A DNA stretch of 64,000 bases from Candidatus Kapaibacterium sp. (GTDB lineage Bacteria > Bacteroidota > Ignavibacteria > Palsa-1295). The notes below the pieces were generated by a model. That model was given only the letters and a program-made list of their open reading frames with translations. It searched no databases and had not been told where the DNA came from. Each line of letters starts with the position of its first letter. Within the stretch, counting starts at the first letter, position 1. The stretch spans positions 1,328 through 65,327 of the forward strand of contig JBKJTT010000018.1 in assembly GCA_046590205.1 (NCBI GenBank). The letters run 5' to 3'. Made by a program: the position numbers and the translations under genes. This document shows positions 56,870-64,000 of the stretch, piece by piece.

Positions 56870-57652
56870 ATGGTCTCATTACGTCCTTATAAAGGTGTAA
56901 ACTCCTCGGCGACGAAGTCGCTCGTTCTCATTCACGCGTTTCCGCTTTCAAGCGAAATGTATATGGGTGTGGCAGGTGAGTTACAGCAATTACTTCCGAG
57001 CGTTAATATTATCCTTGTTGATCTTCCGGGCTTCGGCAGTGCGCCTGTTCGCGAGAGCTGGACACTAAGCGAAGCAATGCAGGAGCTTCATAAATCGCTT
57101 AACGAAATTGGGATTACAAACCCGGTCATTTGCGGAACATCAATGGGCGGATATGCCGCGTTGGCATACTATCGTCTTTATTTGAACGAGGTTTGTGCGC
57201 TAATACTTTCAAATACGAAAGCAGAGGCTGACACCGATGAAGCAAAAGCCAGCCGCGAAGAATTTGCAAAGGATGTTGAGGCGCGTGGCTATGAAGCAGT
57301 ATATATGCGTATGCTTAGTAAGTTAACAGCGCGTTCAACGGTCGAAGCACACCCTGAACTTACCGACAAACTAAAAAGTATCATCGAGAAAGCAACACAC
57401 GGTGCAATTGCTGCTGCGCTACGTGCAATGGCGCTTCGCGAAGACTCGGTTGAGCTTCTTCACACGATAACAACTCCGACGCTTGTCATTACAGGCAGCG
57501 GCGATGAACTTATCGCGCCGGCAATTTCAAAGGCGATGGCAGATGCTATTCCAAATGCAAAATTCGTAGAGTTACAAAATGTCGGACATCTAACTCCATT
57601 AGAAGCTCCGAAAGAATGGGCCGAACAAATTGTAACTCTCTTACAAAACTAA
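56870..57652 (+). CDS. Alpha/beta hydrolase
   Basis: 260-aa ORF with the nucleophile elbow GTSMGGYAA and a C-terminal GH. Confidence 0.75.
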   Translation: MVSLRPYKGVNSSATKSLVLIHAFPLSSEMYMGVAGELQQLLPSVNIILVDLPGFGSAPVRESWTLSEAMQELHKSLNEIGITNPVICGTSMGGYAALAYYRLYLNEVCALILSNTKAEADTDEAKASREEFAKDVEARGYEAVYMRMLSKLTARSTVEAHPELTDKLKSIIEKATHGAIAAALRAMALREDSVELLHTITTPTLVITGSGDELIAPAISKAMADAIPNAKFVELQNVGHLTPLEAPKEWAEQIVTLLQN

Positions 57653-57661
57653 TAACAGAAG

Positions 57662-57689
57662 GTAGGCAGTATCAGGTGATACTGCCTAC
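57662..57689. terminator. Bidirectional hairpin between convergent genes
   Basis: GTAGGCAGTATC-AGGT-GATACTGCCTAC (12-bp perfect stem). Confidence 0.65.
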
Positions 57690-57714
57690 TGATGTAGTGT
57701 GTTGTGCTCATAAC

Positions 57715-59592
57715 TTAGCGTGAGATGACCAAAGACCGTACCGTTACGCTTTCACCATCGGTTATCATAATTTGATAATTCCCACTTGTAAGTAATGATG
57801 TATCAATCCCAATTATAGCAGTTCCCTGTTGGAATATATCATCGGCAAGCATCTGAAGCTTTTGGCCATTAGAAGAGAAAAGAGCGATTCTTATATGTGA
57901 CCGCTCCGGAACATCCACGGTTAGTTGTGTTTGCTCATGAGTCGGGTTTGGGTAGAGTGATGTATGTATCTGTCTGACTGATGAAAACTGATCCTTGTTT
58001 TTTACGGAAAGCTTAATACTTGAGACTCGATCTTCTTGCTTCGCGCGAAGTGTATCTTGCATTGCTGCATACGTGCTGACGACCTGAAACTCTGAAGTAT
58101 CGCTCATGATATGTACATCACTTATCGGAATGCCAATCGTCGAGAGAAAGAGTACAGCAAACTCGTTCGCAGCAACTGTGTATATCTTTCCGGTATCAAG
58201 TGGGGCTCCACCAACAAGTGCACCCGTAAGACGTGAGAATGGTTGGGCATCAACTGCATACTGATACTGCATACCACTTGTTTGCACTAAGAACTCATCG
58301 TTGTGCGCAATATCAGAGAGACCAAATTCAAGTCCCATTGCAAGTGCTGCACCAGACATCTTAAATGTTGCAAGTCGATATCCTAAACCGTTATCAAGAT
58401 TAAAGCCGTAACCAATCATACGAAAAACATCAGCACCTACTATTTCACCTTTATGAAGCATATCTGAAGTTGACCCTCCAACTTCAATGGCAATATCAGC
58501 ACCCGTCATTGCGCGGAAAGCATCCGTAACAAGATTCCCGACTGGTGTGTCGTGAATACCGGATGATAACAAGTCTTCAGCAATTTCTTCATGGTCATCA
58601 TGAGCTGTGCAAAGGCGCTGGGTATATACTTTCCCGTATTGTGCCTCGACTCCTGCCACAAGTTCTGAAAGTATCCCTGCTATCGCCGGCTCTTCGGGGA
58701 CATTTTCGTCGAGGGGGACCACCGTATAGTCAATCATGCTCACAGTATTTCCTGATACCGCAAGGTGCATCTTACCTATATATTCATAGTGTGCACCAAC
58801 CTGAACGATAGGAACACTGTGTCCGAGAGGATTTTTTACAAGTCTTGGCTCATTAAATACATAATGGTCGTGTCCGCCAATTATAACATCTATTCCGGTT
58901 ACATTCTGTGCGATAACCGAATCAAGATTATACCCAAGATGTGATAAGAGTATTACGACCTGACAACCTTGCGTACGGAGTGTATCAACCATCCCGTAGG
59001 CGATCTGTACAAGATTTGTATCCAAAAATGCAGGGGCAGGTTGTGAAAGCAGATTAGTCTCCGGCGTTGTAAGACCAAAGATACCAACCTTCGTTGTGCC
59101 GACTGTTTTGATAGTATATGACTCAATATACTTTTTTAAAGGTAGAATACTGGAATCGGCAAGTACACAGTTCGCGGATAGAATTGAGAACTGCCCTCCT
59201 GCGACAAAAGCAGTGTCAAGTGTCTGTAACAGTGACGCAGGTGTCAGGTCAAATTCGTGATTACCAAGTGTCATCACATCAAGACCGACTTGACTCAAGA
59301 TACGAAGCTCCGGTACGCCAAAGTAGACATTATACATGATGTCGCCCATCGAGAAGTCTCCCGCATGGAGAGTAAGTGTTTTGGGCTCCATGACCTTCGT
59401 CATACCTATGAGAGTAGCTGCTCGAGCAATACCGCCTTTTGTACCTTTGAGGTCAGCACCTCTCGGACCTGACGGCATCATTCCTGAATGAGTGTCATTC
59501 ATGTGAAGGATGGTGATCGTGTCTGTTTGAGCTCGAAGAGAACAGAGTGAGAGAGTTGTAAAAAGTGTAAGTAAAAATAGTATCTTTTTCAT
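57715..59592 (-). CDS. Secreted metallophosphoesterase / 5'-nucleotidase with T9SS C-terminal sorting domain
   Basis: 625-aa ORF with ILHMNDTHS, GDFSMG, GNHEFD and GGHDH motifs. The C-terminus reads SLYPNPTHEQTQLTV...GNYQIMITDGE. Confidence 0.8.
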   Translation of the reverse strand: MKKILFLLTLFTTLSLCSLRAQTDTITILHMNDTHSGMMPSGPRGADLKGTKGGIARAATLIGMTKVMEPKTLTLHAGDFSMGDIMYNVYFGVPELRILSQVGLDVMTLGNHEFDLTPASLLQTLDTAFVAGGQFSILSANCVLADSSILPLKKYIESYTIKTVGTTKVGIFGLTTPETNLLSQPAPAFLDTNLVQIAYGMVDTLRTQGCQVVILLSHLGYNLDSVIAQNVTGIDVIIGGHDHYVFNEPRLVKNPLGHSVPIVQVGAHYEYIGKMHLAVSGNTVSMIDYTVVPLDENVPEEPAIAGILSELVAGVEAQYGKVYTQRLCTAHDDHEEIAEDLLSSGIHDTPVGNLVTDAFRAMTGADIAIEVGGSTSDMLHKGEIVGADVFRMIGYGFNLDNGLGYRLATFKMSGAALAMGLEFGLSDIAHNDEFLVQTSGMQYQYAVDAQPFSRLTGALVGGAPLDTGKIYTVAANEFAVLFLSTIGIPISDVHIMSDTSEFQVVSTYAAMQDTLRAKQEDRVSSIKLSVKNKDQFSSVRQIHTSLYPNPTHEQTQLTVDVPERSHIRIALFSSNGQKLQMLADDIFQQGTAIIGIDTSLLTSGNYQIMITDGESVTVRSLVISR

Positions 59593-59645
59593 TGGTTGTA
59601 TGTATTAATGTGAACGGTAAAAATGTCTGTTTAGAATATGTTATT

Positions 59646-59667
59646 TATCATGCATTTGTCAAAAATT
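59646..59667. promoter_or_regulatory. Degenerate pair of 11-bp-phased TGTCA-type repeats upstream of the nucleotidase gene
   Basis: TATCATGCATT-TGTCAAAAATT. The first repeat starts 54 nt from the ATG (59592), the same register as the two stronger arrays further along. Confidence 0.35.
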
Positions 59668-60337
59668 AAAATGCATACGTCAATGCTACTAATGCAACGA
59701 CTGGAGGTCCTCCTACCCAATCTGAACCAGCTACTTTGAGTCCACTCATGACAAGCCCTACTTCGGCTTGAGCGACAAAATGTTCACTAATTGGCTGTGT
59801 AATACCTACCTGAACAGTGTTCCAAAGACCACCTTCAAACCCCATTTCCATTTCCCCTTCCTCATGGCCACCAAATATTTGATGTTTGAGCGAGTTCGCA
59901 CAGACAGCACCGATAGCACCGATGCCTGCCCACATACGTCTTCCGCAATCACGTTTGTATTCAAGGTTGAGTGCAGGCCACGTCAGAAACCATGGCTCAC
60001 CGCCGAGACTTTGTGTTTTTGGGTAATAGAAAATAGGTGCGCGGAAATAGACACGAAGGTTATCTTCGGGTTCGGCAATGATAGTACGTATACGAAGTCC
60101 GTATCCCTCGACAAAAGGAGTTTGTCCGTACATAAAACCAATCGTTGTTTTTGAAGATACTCCATAAGCGTACTCGGCGATACCTACGTAAGGAATACCG
60201 GTGCTGACCGTAACCATTGATTTACCGTCACCTGCAAACAGATGGTCAGGCGAGGGTGACTCGTAGAGTTGGTCAATCTGTGAGTATGTGCTTGAAGCAA
60301 GAAGAACAGTAAAAGCGAATGTAAGAAGTGTTTTCAT
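59666..60337 (-). CDS. Small outer-membrane beta-barrel protein (hypothetical)
   Basis: 223-aa ORF with a signal peptide (LLASSTYSQ), a Gly/aromatic-rich strand pattern and a C-terminal ...LTYAF. Confidence 0.5.
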   Translation of the reverse strand: MKTLLTFAFTVLLASSTYSQIDQLYESPSPDHLFAGDGKSMVTVSTGIPYVGIAEYAYGVSSKTTIGFMYGQTPFVEGYGLRIRTIIAEPEDNLRVYFRAPIFYYPKTQSLGGEPWFLTWPALNLEYKRDCGRRMWAGIGAIGAVCANSLKHQIFGGHEEGEMEMGFEGGLWNTVQVGITQPISEHFVAQAEVGLVMSGLKVAGSDWVGGPPVVALVALTYAF

Positions 60338-60390
60338 ATGGGTAGTGTATTATTTACAAATACAAAAATCGGGTTTTTAGAAGGTTAAAC

Positions 60391-60434
60391 TGTCACGAAT
60401 TGGTCAGTAGATTGTAAGAAATTTGTCACGAGCT
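60391..60434. promoter_or_regulatory. Four 11-bp-phased direct repeats (Pho-box-like) upstream of 59666-60337
   Basis: TGTCACGAATT-GGTCAGTAGAT-TGTAAGAAATT-TGTCACGAGCT. The first repeat is 54 nt from the ATG at 60337. Confidence 0.6.
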
Positions 60435-61183
60435 TAGTAAGTAAATCGCACTCCAACAGACATGCCATATTCAGTATATCCTTCGGCAGTCCCATAATTT
60501 CCATTAATGAGAATACCTGTTCTTGACCCAGAGGGTGTAATATTCAATCGAAGTTTGAACTGCATCCCTTGGTATATTCCACCGCCTATTCCAAGTCCCA
60601 CAGTTGAAGAGCCATCTGAATTGACGGGGAAACCTATCATGATATCCAACGGTCCTCCATTGCTTAATGACGTAGGGGTATTTAAGCATCCAATAGAGAC
60701 ATTAACATTATCTGTTTTACCAAACCGAAGATTGAAGAATGGCAATGCATTTGTTTCTATGGTAGCGGTTTTCTCTGTAAATATTAGAATACCAAGAGTA
60801 TATCCTATCCACGATTCATCTACTTCAAATCCTCCACCAAAGAACCCCGTAGATTGTGATGGAGGTTCACTATTGGTATACGTATTACTTGATGTGCTGC
60901 TTCTATGAAGATTTTTACTCGGCTGAATATGCATGTATCCGCCCTTGATAACACCATGGACGGTCTCTCCTTTGGTTCTAATATCCACTCCGAAATCAGT
61001 AAATGAGTTTGCAGTTACTGTTTTATCACCATCACATCCTGAATAATTGATATTTATGAAGTTACCAAATCCGACAACAAGGTCTACAAAACCTTTCTTC
61101 GAGGGCGTTGGGTCTGTATAGCCAACGACGAATGGATACAGAAGTACCATCCATGCCATCCGAGTTGTTATGCGAGTTTTCAT
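60434..61183 (-). CDS. Small outer-membrane beta-barrel protein (hypothetical)
   Basis: 249-aa ORF with an N-terminal hydrophobic segment, Gly-rich strands and a C-terminal ...VGVRFTY. Confidence 0.45.
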   Translation of the reverse strand: MKTRITTRMAWMVLLYPFVVGYTDPTPSKKGFVDLVVGFGNFININYSGCDGDKTVTANSFTDFGVDIRTKGETVHGVIKGGYMHIQPSKNLHRSSTSSNTYTNSEPPSQSTGFFGGGFEVDESWIGYTLGILIFTEKTATIETNALPFFNLRFGKTDNVNVSIGCLNTPTSLSNGGPLDIMIGFPVNSDGSSTVGLGIGGGIYQGMQFKLRLNITPSGSRTGILINGNYGTAEGYTEYGMSVGVRFTY

Positions 61184-61236
61184 ATCCGTAGTGTATTGTT
61201 TACGGATACAAAAATCTCGCTTTTAGGAGGTCAATT

Positions 61237-61280
61237 TGTCACGAAGCTGTCAGATAGATGTCATAAAGTTGTCATAAAGA
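61237..61280. promoter_or_regulatory. Four 11-bp-phased TGTCA direct repeats (Pho-box-like) upstream of 60434-61183
   Basis: TGTCACGAAGC-TGTCAGATAGA-TGTCATAAAGT-TGTCATAAAGA. The first repeat is 54 nt from the ATG at 61183. The last two units closely match the E. coli Pho box CTGTCATAWAWCTGTCAY. Confidence 0.65.
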
Positions 61281-61286
61281 CAAGAA

Positions 61287-61973
61287 TTATGGCTGAAATA
61301 CGAATTTGTAACCCGATGTGTGAACGGTGACAAGATATTTTGGCTCTGCAGGAATGTCTTCTGTCTTCTTACGGAGTGAGAGTATATAGTTATCTACGGT
61401 ACGTGTTGTCGGGAAGGAGTTATATCCCCAAACAGAGTCAAGAAGCATGTCACGGGTGACTACTTTGCCTTCATGTTCGGAGAAGAATTTTAGTATCTGG
61501 AATTCCTTGGTCGATAGCTTTAGTGTAACGCTTCCCTTCACCGCTTCTTGCTTTGCAAAATCAATACGTACATCACCGAAGGACACGACATCAATCCCTG
61601 TCTTCAACTCTCCCGCACGGCGGAGCAATGCCTTAATGCGTGCTTTAAGCTCGCGGATACTGAATGGCTTTGTCATGTAATCATCTGCACCGACCTCAAG
61701 ACCAAGTACTTTATCTATCTCCTCATTCTTGGAAGTTAGCATCATGACCAACGTATTTATGTTCGTCGCGCGAAGTTCACGACAAACATCTAAGCCGTTC
61801 TTACCGGGCAGCATAATATCAAGAATAATAAGGTCAATGACAGGGCTTAGCGCTTTCTTTGCACCGTCGGTCCCGTCTTCGGCAGTGATAACGTCGTAGC
61901 CATCTTCGGTTAGTGATTCAGATAGACCTAAGCGAATAGCAGGATCGTCTTCAACTATCAGTATGCGTTTCAT
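61287..61973 (-). CDS. OmpR/PhoB-family response regulator
   Basis: 228-aa ORF. The receiver domain has ILIVEDD, ILDIMLPG and KPF; the winged-helix domain has LSTKEFQILKFF...TRTVDNYILSLRKK. Confidence 0.9.
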   Translation of the reverse strand: MKRILIVEDDPAIRLGLSESLTEDGYDVITAEDGTDGAKKALSPVIDLIILDIMLPGKNGLDVCRELRATNINTLVMMLTSKNEEIDKVLGLEVGADDYMTKPFSIRELKARIKALLRRAGELKTGIDVVSFGDVRIDFAKQEAVKGSVTLKLSTKEFQILKFFSEHEGKVVTRDMLLDSVWGYNSFPTTRTVDNYILSLRKKTEDIPAEPKYLVTVHTSGYKFVFQP

Positions 61974-64000
61974 ATTTCAAGTGGTAGATAAATTGTAAAA
62001 ACACTTCCTTTACTAACGGTACTTTCAACGGAAATTCTTCCATGATGTGCGTCAACGGTATGCTTCACAATAGAGAGCCCTAGCCCGGCGCCGCCGACAG
62101 AATCTGTCCGCTCATCACCTACACGGAAGAATGCTTCAAAGATCGAATCATGTTTATCGTTCGGGATACCTACACCATTATCCTCGACTCGCACAAATGC
62201 AAAATTAACTTCTTTCCCTGTTGAGATGTGAATATTTTTATTCCCACCCGAGTACTTCATGGCATTTGTGAGGAGGTTCATGATTGAGTCGGCTATTGCA
62301 TTTTTGTCTGCAGTAATAGTAAGTGTATCTTGCGTCGATGCTTTCTCCAGAGAGAACGACGATGCTTCGAACTGATATCTCATCATATCGAGGACATGAG
62401 ATGTTATCTCCCCGAGATCGCAGCGTTCTTTATTATATTCCTTCATGCCACGCTCTAACTTTGCAAAATCAAGTACATTGGTAATAAGTCGTGCAAGCCG
62501 TTCGCTTTCACCCTCAATAATAGAAAGATATTTATCGCGTTTATCGGTTGCAAGCGTTGGTGAATCCTTTAGTATTTCCGCAAACATCTTAATCGATGCA
62601 AGCGGTGTCTTGAGATCATGTGAGACACTTGAGACGAAGTATGTTTTCAAGCGATTGAGTTCGGCAAGTCGTTCTGATTCAGCGCGCTCAACGACAATCT
62701 GCTCATGAAGACGAATGCGCTCGATAGCTATACTTGATTGCAATGCAACACTTGCAATGAACTCTAGATCTTGCGAAGAAAAGCGTGTACCCGATAGTCG
62801 CGGTCCAAGCACAAGAAACCCGCTTACTTGTTTTTGCGCCATCCTCATTGGGAGGGCAGCAGCTATACCCCAACGTGAGAAGACTGCATCGTCAGCTACT
62901 TCATACTCAGCATCCTGTGGCGCAAGTGACTCTCTAATCACGGGCAACGAGAGATCTGTCTTAAGCTGTTCGCTTTGGAACATTATTCCACGTCGCTCCA
63001 AGATATCAAACCCTTGGTGTGCAATCAATCGGAGTCTCTCTCCTGCAACTTCAAGCCAAAAGAATCCTACCCGCTCAACCCGGACAAAACGCTGAATAAG
63101 CTCCACAGCATACTCCGCAAGTTCAGATAGAGAGTATATGGCTTTCATATTACCAATCATCTCACGTTCTGCGGCACGGGTATCATACTCTGCTCGGAAG
63201 AATTTCTTATCTATGAATGATTGTATCTTTTTCCGAAGCGGTTCAAAAAGCAGTGCTATGATGAGAGCAGCAATAATTGACGTGAGATTTGATGATTCGG
63301 ATATATCAGTCAATACTGCCGTGACAAGCGCAACAACTCCAATATATACTCCTGCAAGAAGACCAATTACAATGAGATATACTATCGTCCGCTTGATGAC
63401 AACATCAATATCAAAAACTTTGTATCTGATAATAGCAACACCAAAACTGACCGGCGCAATAGTCGAGAGGAGTATCATTATCTCTTCACTTATGAACGTT
63501 TCCCCTAACACTATTTCCGGTAATTGCCATAGCAGGATAAAACTTAATGCACCGAGAGCGATACCATAGAACACCCAACGTAGCTGCTGTTTCTCTGCTT
63601 TGCTTGATGCCATCCGATATGATGCGAACAGAAATGATAACCCAATAAAAAAAAGCAGTGCAAAGAACGAACGTATCAGATTCAGAGAGAGCGTATAGTG
63701 CCAGAAATACCCGAGATCTATAGTGTTTGTAGTTACTTGTTTGAACCTAACGATATAGTGAATAAAGAGAATAACCCCTACAAGAGATACAGAGGGCATG
63801 AGCCATTTTCGTACGTTTGTAGCTACCGGTCTCGGAAACTCAAGTGCAAATCGTAGAAAGAATATAGGCGCAAGAATGTATACAAAATGAAAAACATTTT
63901 CTATGTTATAGCCGATAACATCTGATATCGCTATAAAACTGCCTGTCGTCAAAGCAATTACTAAGCCAAGAGTGACGCTTAAATGATGGAATGTACGAGC
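61970..64000 (-). CDS. Sensor histidine kinase (polytopic N-terminus, GAF-like, HisKA, HATPase_c); the 5' end may lie beyond the window
   Basis: Contains the H-box SHDLKTPL, N-box NLLTNAMKY and G-box GGAGLGLSIV. About 6 TM helices lie N-terminally. The reading frame stays open from the track's TTG (63952) to position 64000. Its stop overlaps the response-regulator start by 4 nt. Confidence 0.85.
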   Translation of the reverse strand, partial: ARTFHHLSVTLGLVIALTTGSFIAISDVIGYNIENVFHFVYILAPIFFLRFALEFPRPVATNVRKWLMPSVSLVGVILFIHYIVRFKQVTTNTIDLGYFWHYTLSLNLIRSFFALLFFIGLSFLFASYRMASSKAEKQQLRWVFYGIALGALSFILLWQLPEIVLGETFISEEIMILLSTIAPVSFGVAIIRYKVFDIDVVIKRTIVYLIVIGLLAGVYIGVVALVTAVLTDISESSNLTSIIAALIIALLFEPLRKKIQSFIDKKFFRAEYDTRAAEREMIGNMKAIYSLSELAEYAVELIQRFVRVERVGFFWLEVAGERLRLIAHQGFDILERRGIMFQSEQLKTDLSLPVIRESLAPQDAEYEVADDAVFSRWGIAAALPMRMAQKQVSGFLVLGPRLSGTRFSSQDLEFIASVALQSSIAIERIRLHEQIVVERAESERLAELNRLKTYFVSSVSHDLKTPLASIKMFAEILKDSPTLATDKRDKYLSIIEGESERLARLITNVLDFAKLERGMKEYNKERCDLGEITSHVLDMMRYQFEASSFSLEKASTQDTLTITADKNAIADSIMNLLTNAMKYSGGNKNIHISTGKEVNFAFVRVEDNGVGIPNDKHDSIFEAFFRVGDERTDSVGGAGLGLSIVKHTVDAHHGRISVESTVSKGSVFTIYLPLEI

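Noticed and set aside
60391-61280. Pho-box-like repeats driving plus-strand antisense transcripts across the OM-barrel and response-regulator genes
   Set aside because: I considered this because the TGTCA units read on the plus strand, as in E. coli pho promoters. However, there is no plus-strand ORF or obvious -10 element downstream, and the fixed 54-nt distance to the minus-strand ATGs argues that the repeats serve those genes. OmpR-family sites are known on either strand.
1-64000. CRISPR arrays, insertion sequences, prophage or toxin-antitoxin modules
   Set aside because: I saw no spaced direct-repeat arrays, transposase or integrase-like ORFs, terminal inverted repeats, or small paired ORFs typical of TA systems on either strand.

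Overview
This is a 64-kb chromosomal segment that looks like an FCB-group bacterium (Ignavibacteria, Chlorobi or Bacteroidota-like). I infer that from five proteins with T9SS-type C-terminal sorting domains, a PorV/PorQ-like outer-membrane protein, bshA and generally weak Shine-Dalgarno sequences; no taxonomy search was possible. Housekeeping genes recognised by motif are ygfZ, nadA, pyk, tRNA-Val(GAC), yigZ, bshA, rpsT, rpoZ, dxr and rseP. Accessory content falls into six groups. (1) A glycan-related cluster at the left edge (GT4 enzymes and methyltransferases) sits next to a Gly-rich repeat surface protein. (2) A tight operon at 13.4-20.9 kb looks like biosynthesis and CMP-activation of an unusual amino-ulosonic acid sugar. 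(3) The most interesting locus is four tandem, translationally coupled paralogues at 26.3-33.4 kb, each with a TIR domain, a TolB-N-like module and TPR repeats, and no known partner gene. Upstream of them is a 509-bp non-coding region carrying a 7-nt-phased G-tract array, and beyond it a divergent ECF sigma/anti-sigma pair plus a STAS protein with an ~88-aa poly-acidic tail. (4) A GlcD-like oxidase gene is interrupted by a single in-frame TAG. (5) A three-gene operon encodes an outer-membrane protein and two T9SS cargo proteins. (6) At the right edge, an OmpR/PhoB-type two-component system lies next to two small outer-membrane beta-barrel genes. Those two genes share a duplicated ~100-bp promoter cassette with four 11-bp-phased TGTCA (Pho-box-like) repeats, and a weaker copy sits in the same register upstream of a secreted 5'-nucleotidase. 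I saw no rRNA, CRISPR array, transposase, integrase or prophage genes. All calls rest on reading the sequence, the ORF translations and motif recognition; no database search was run.
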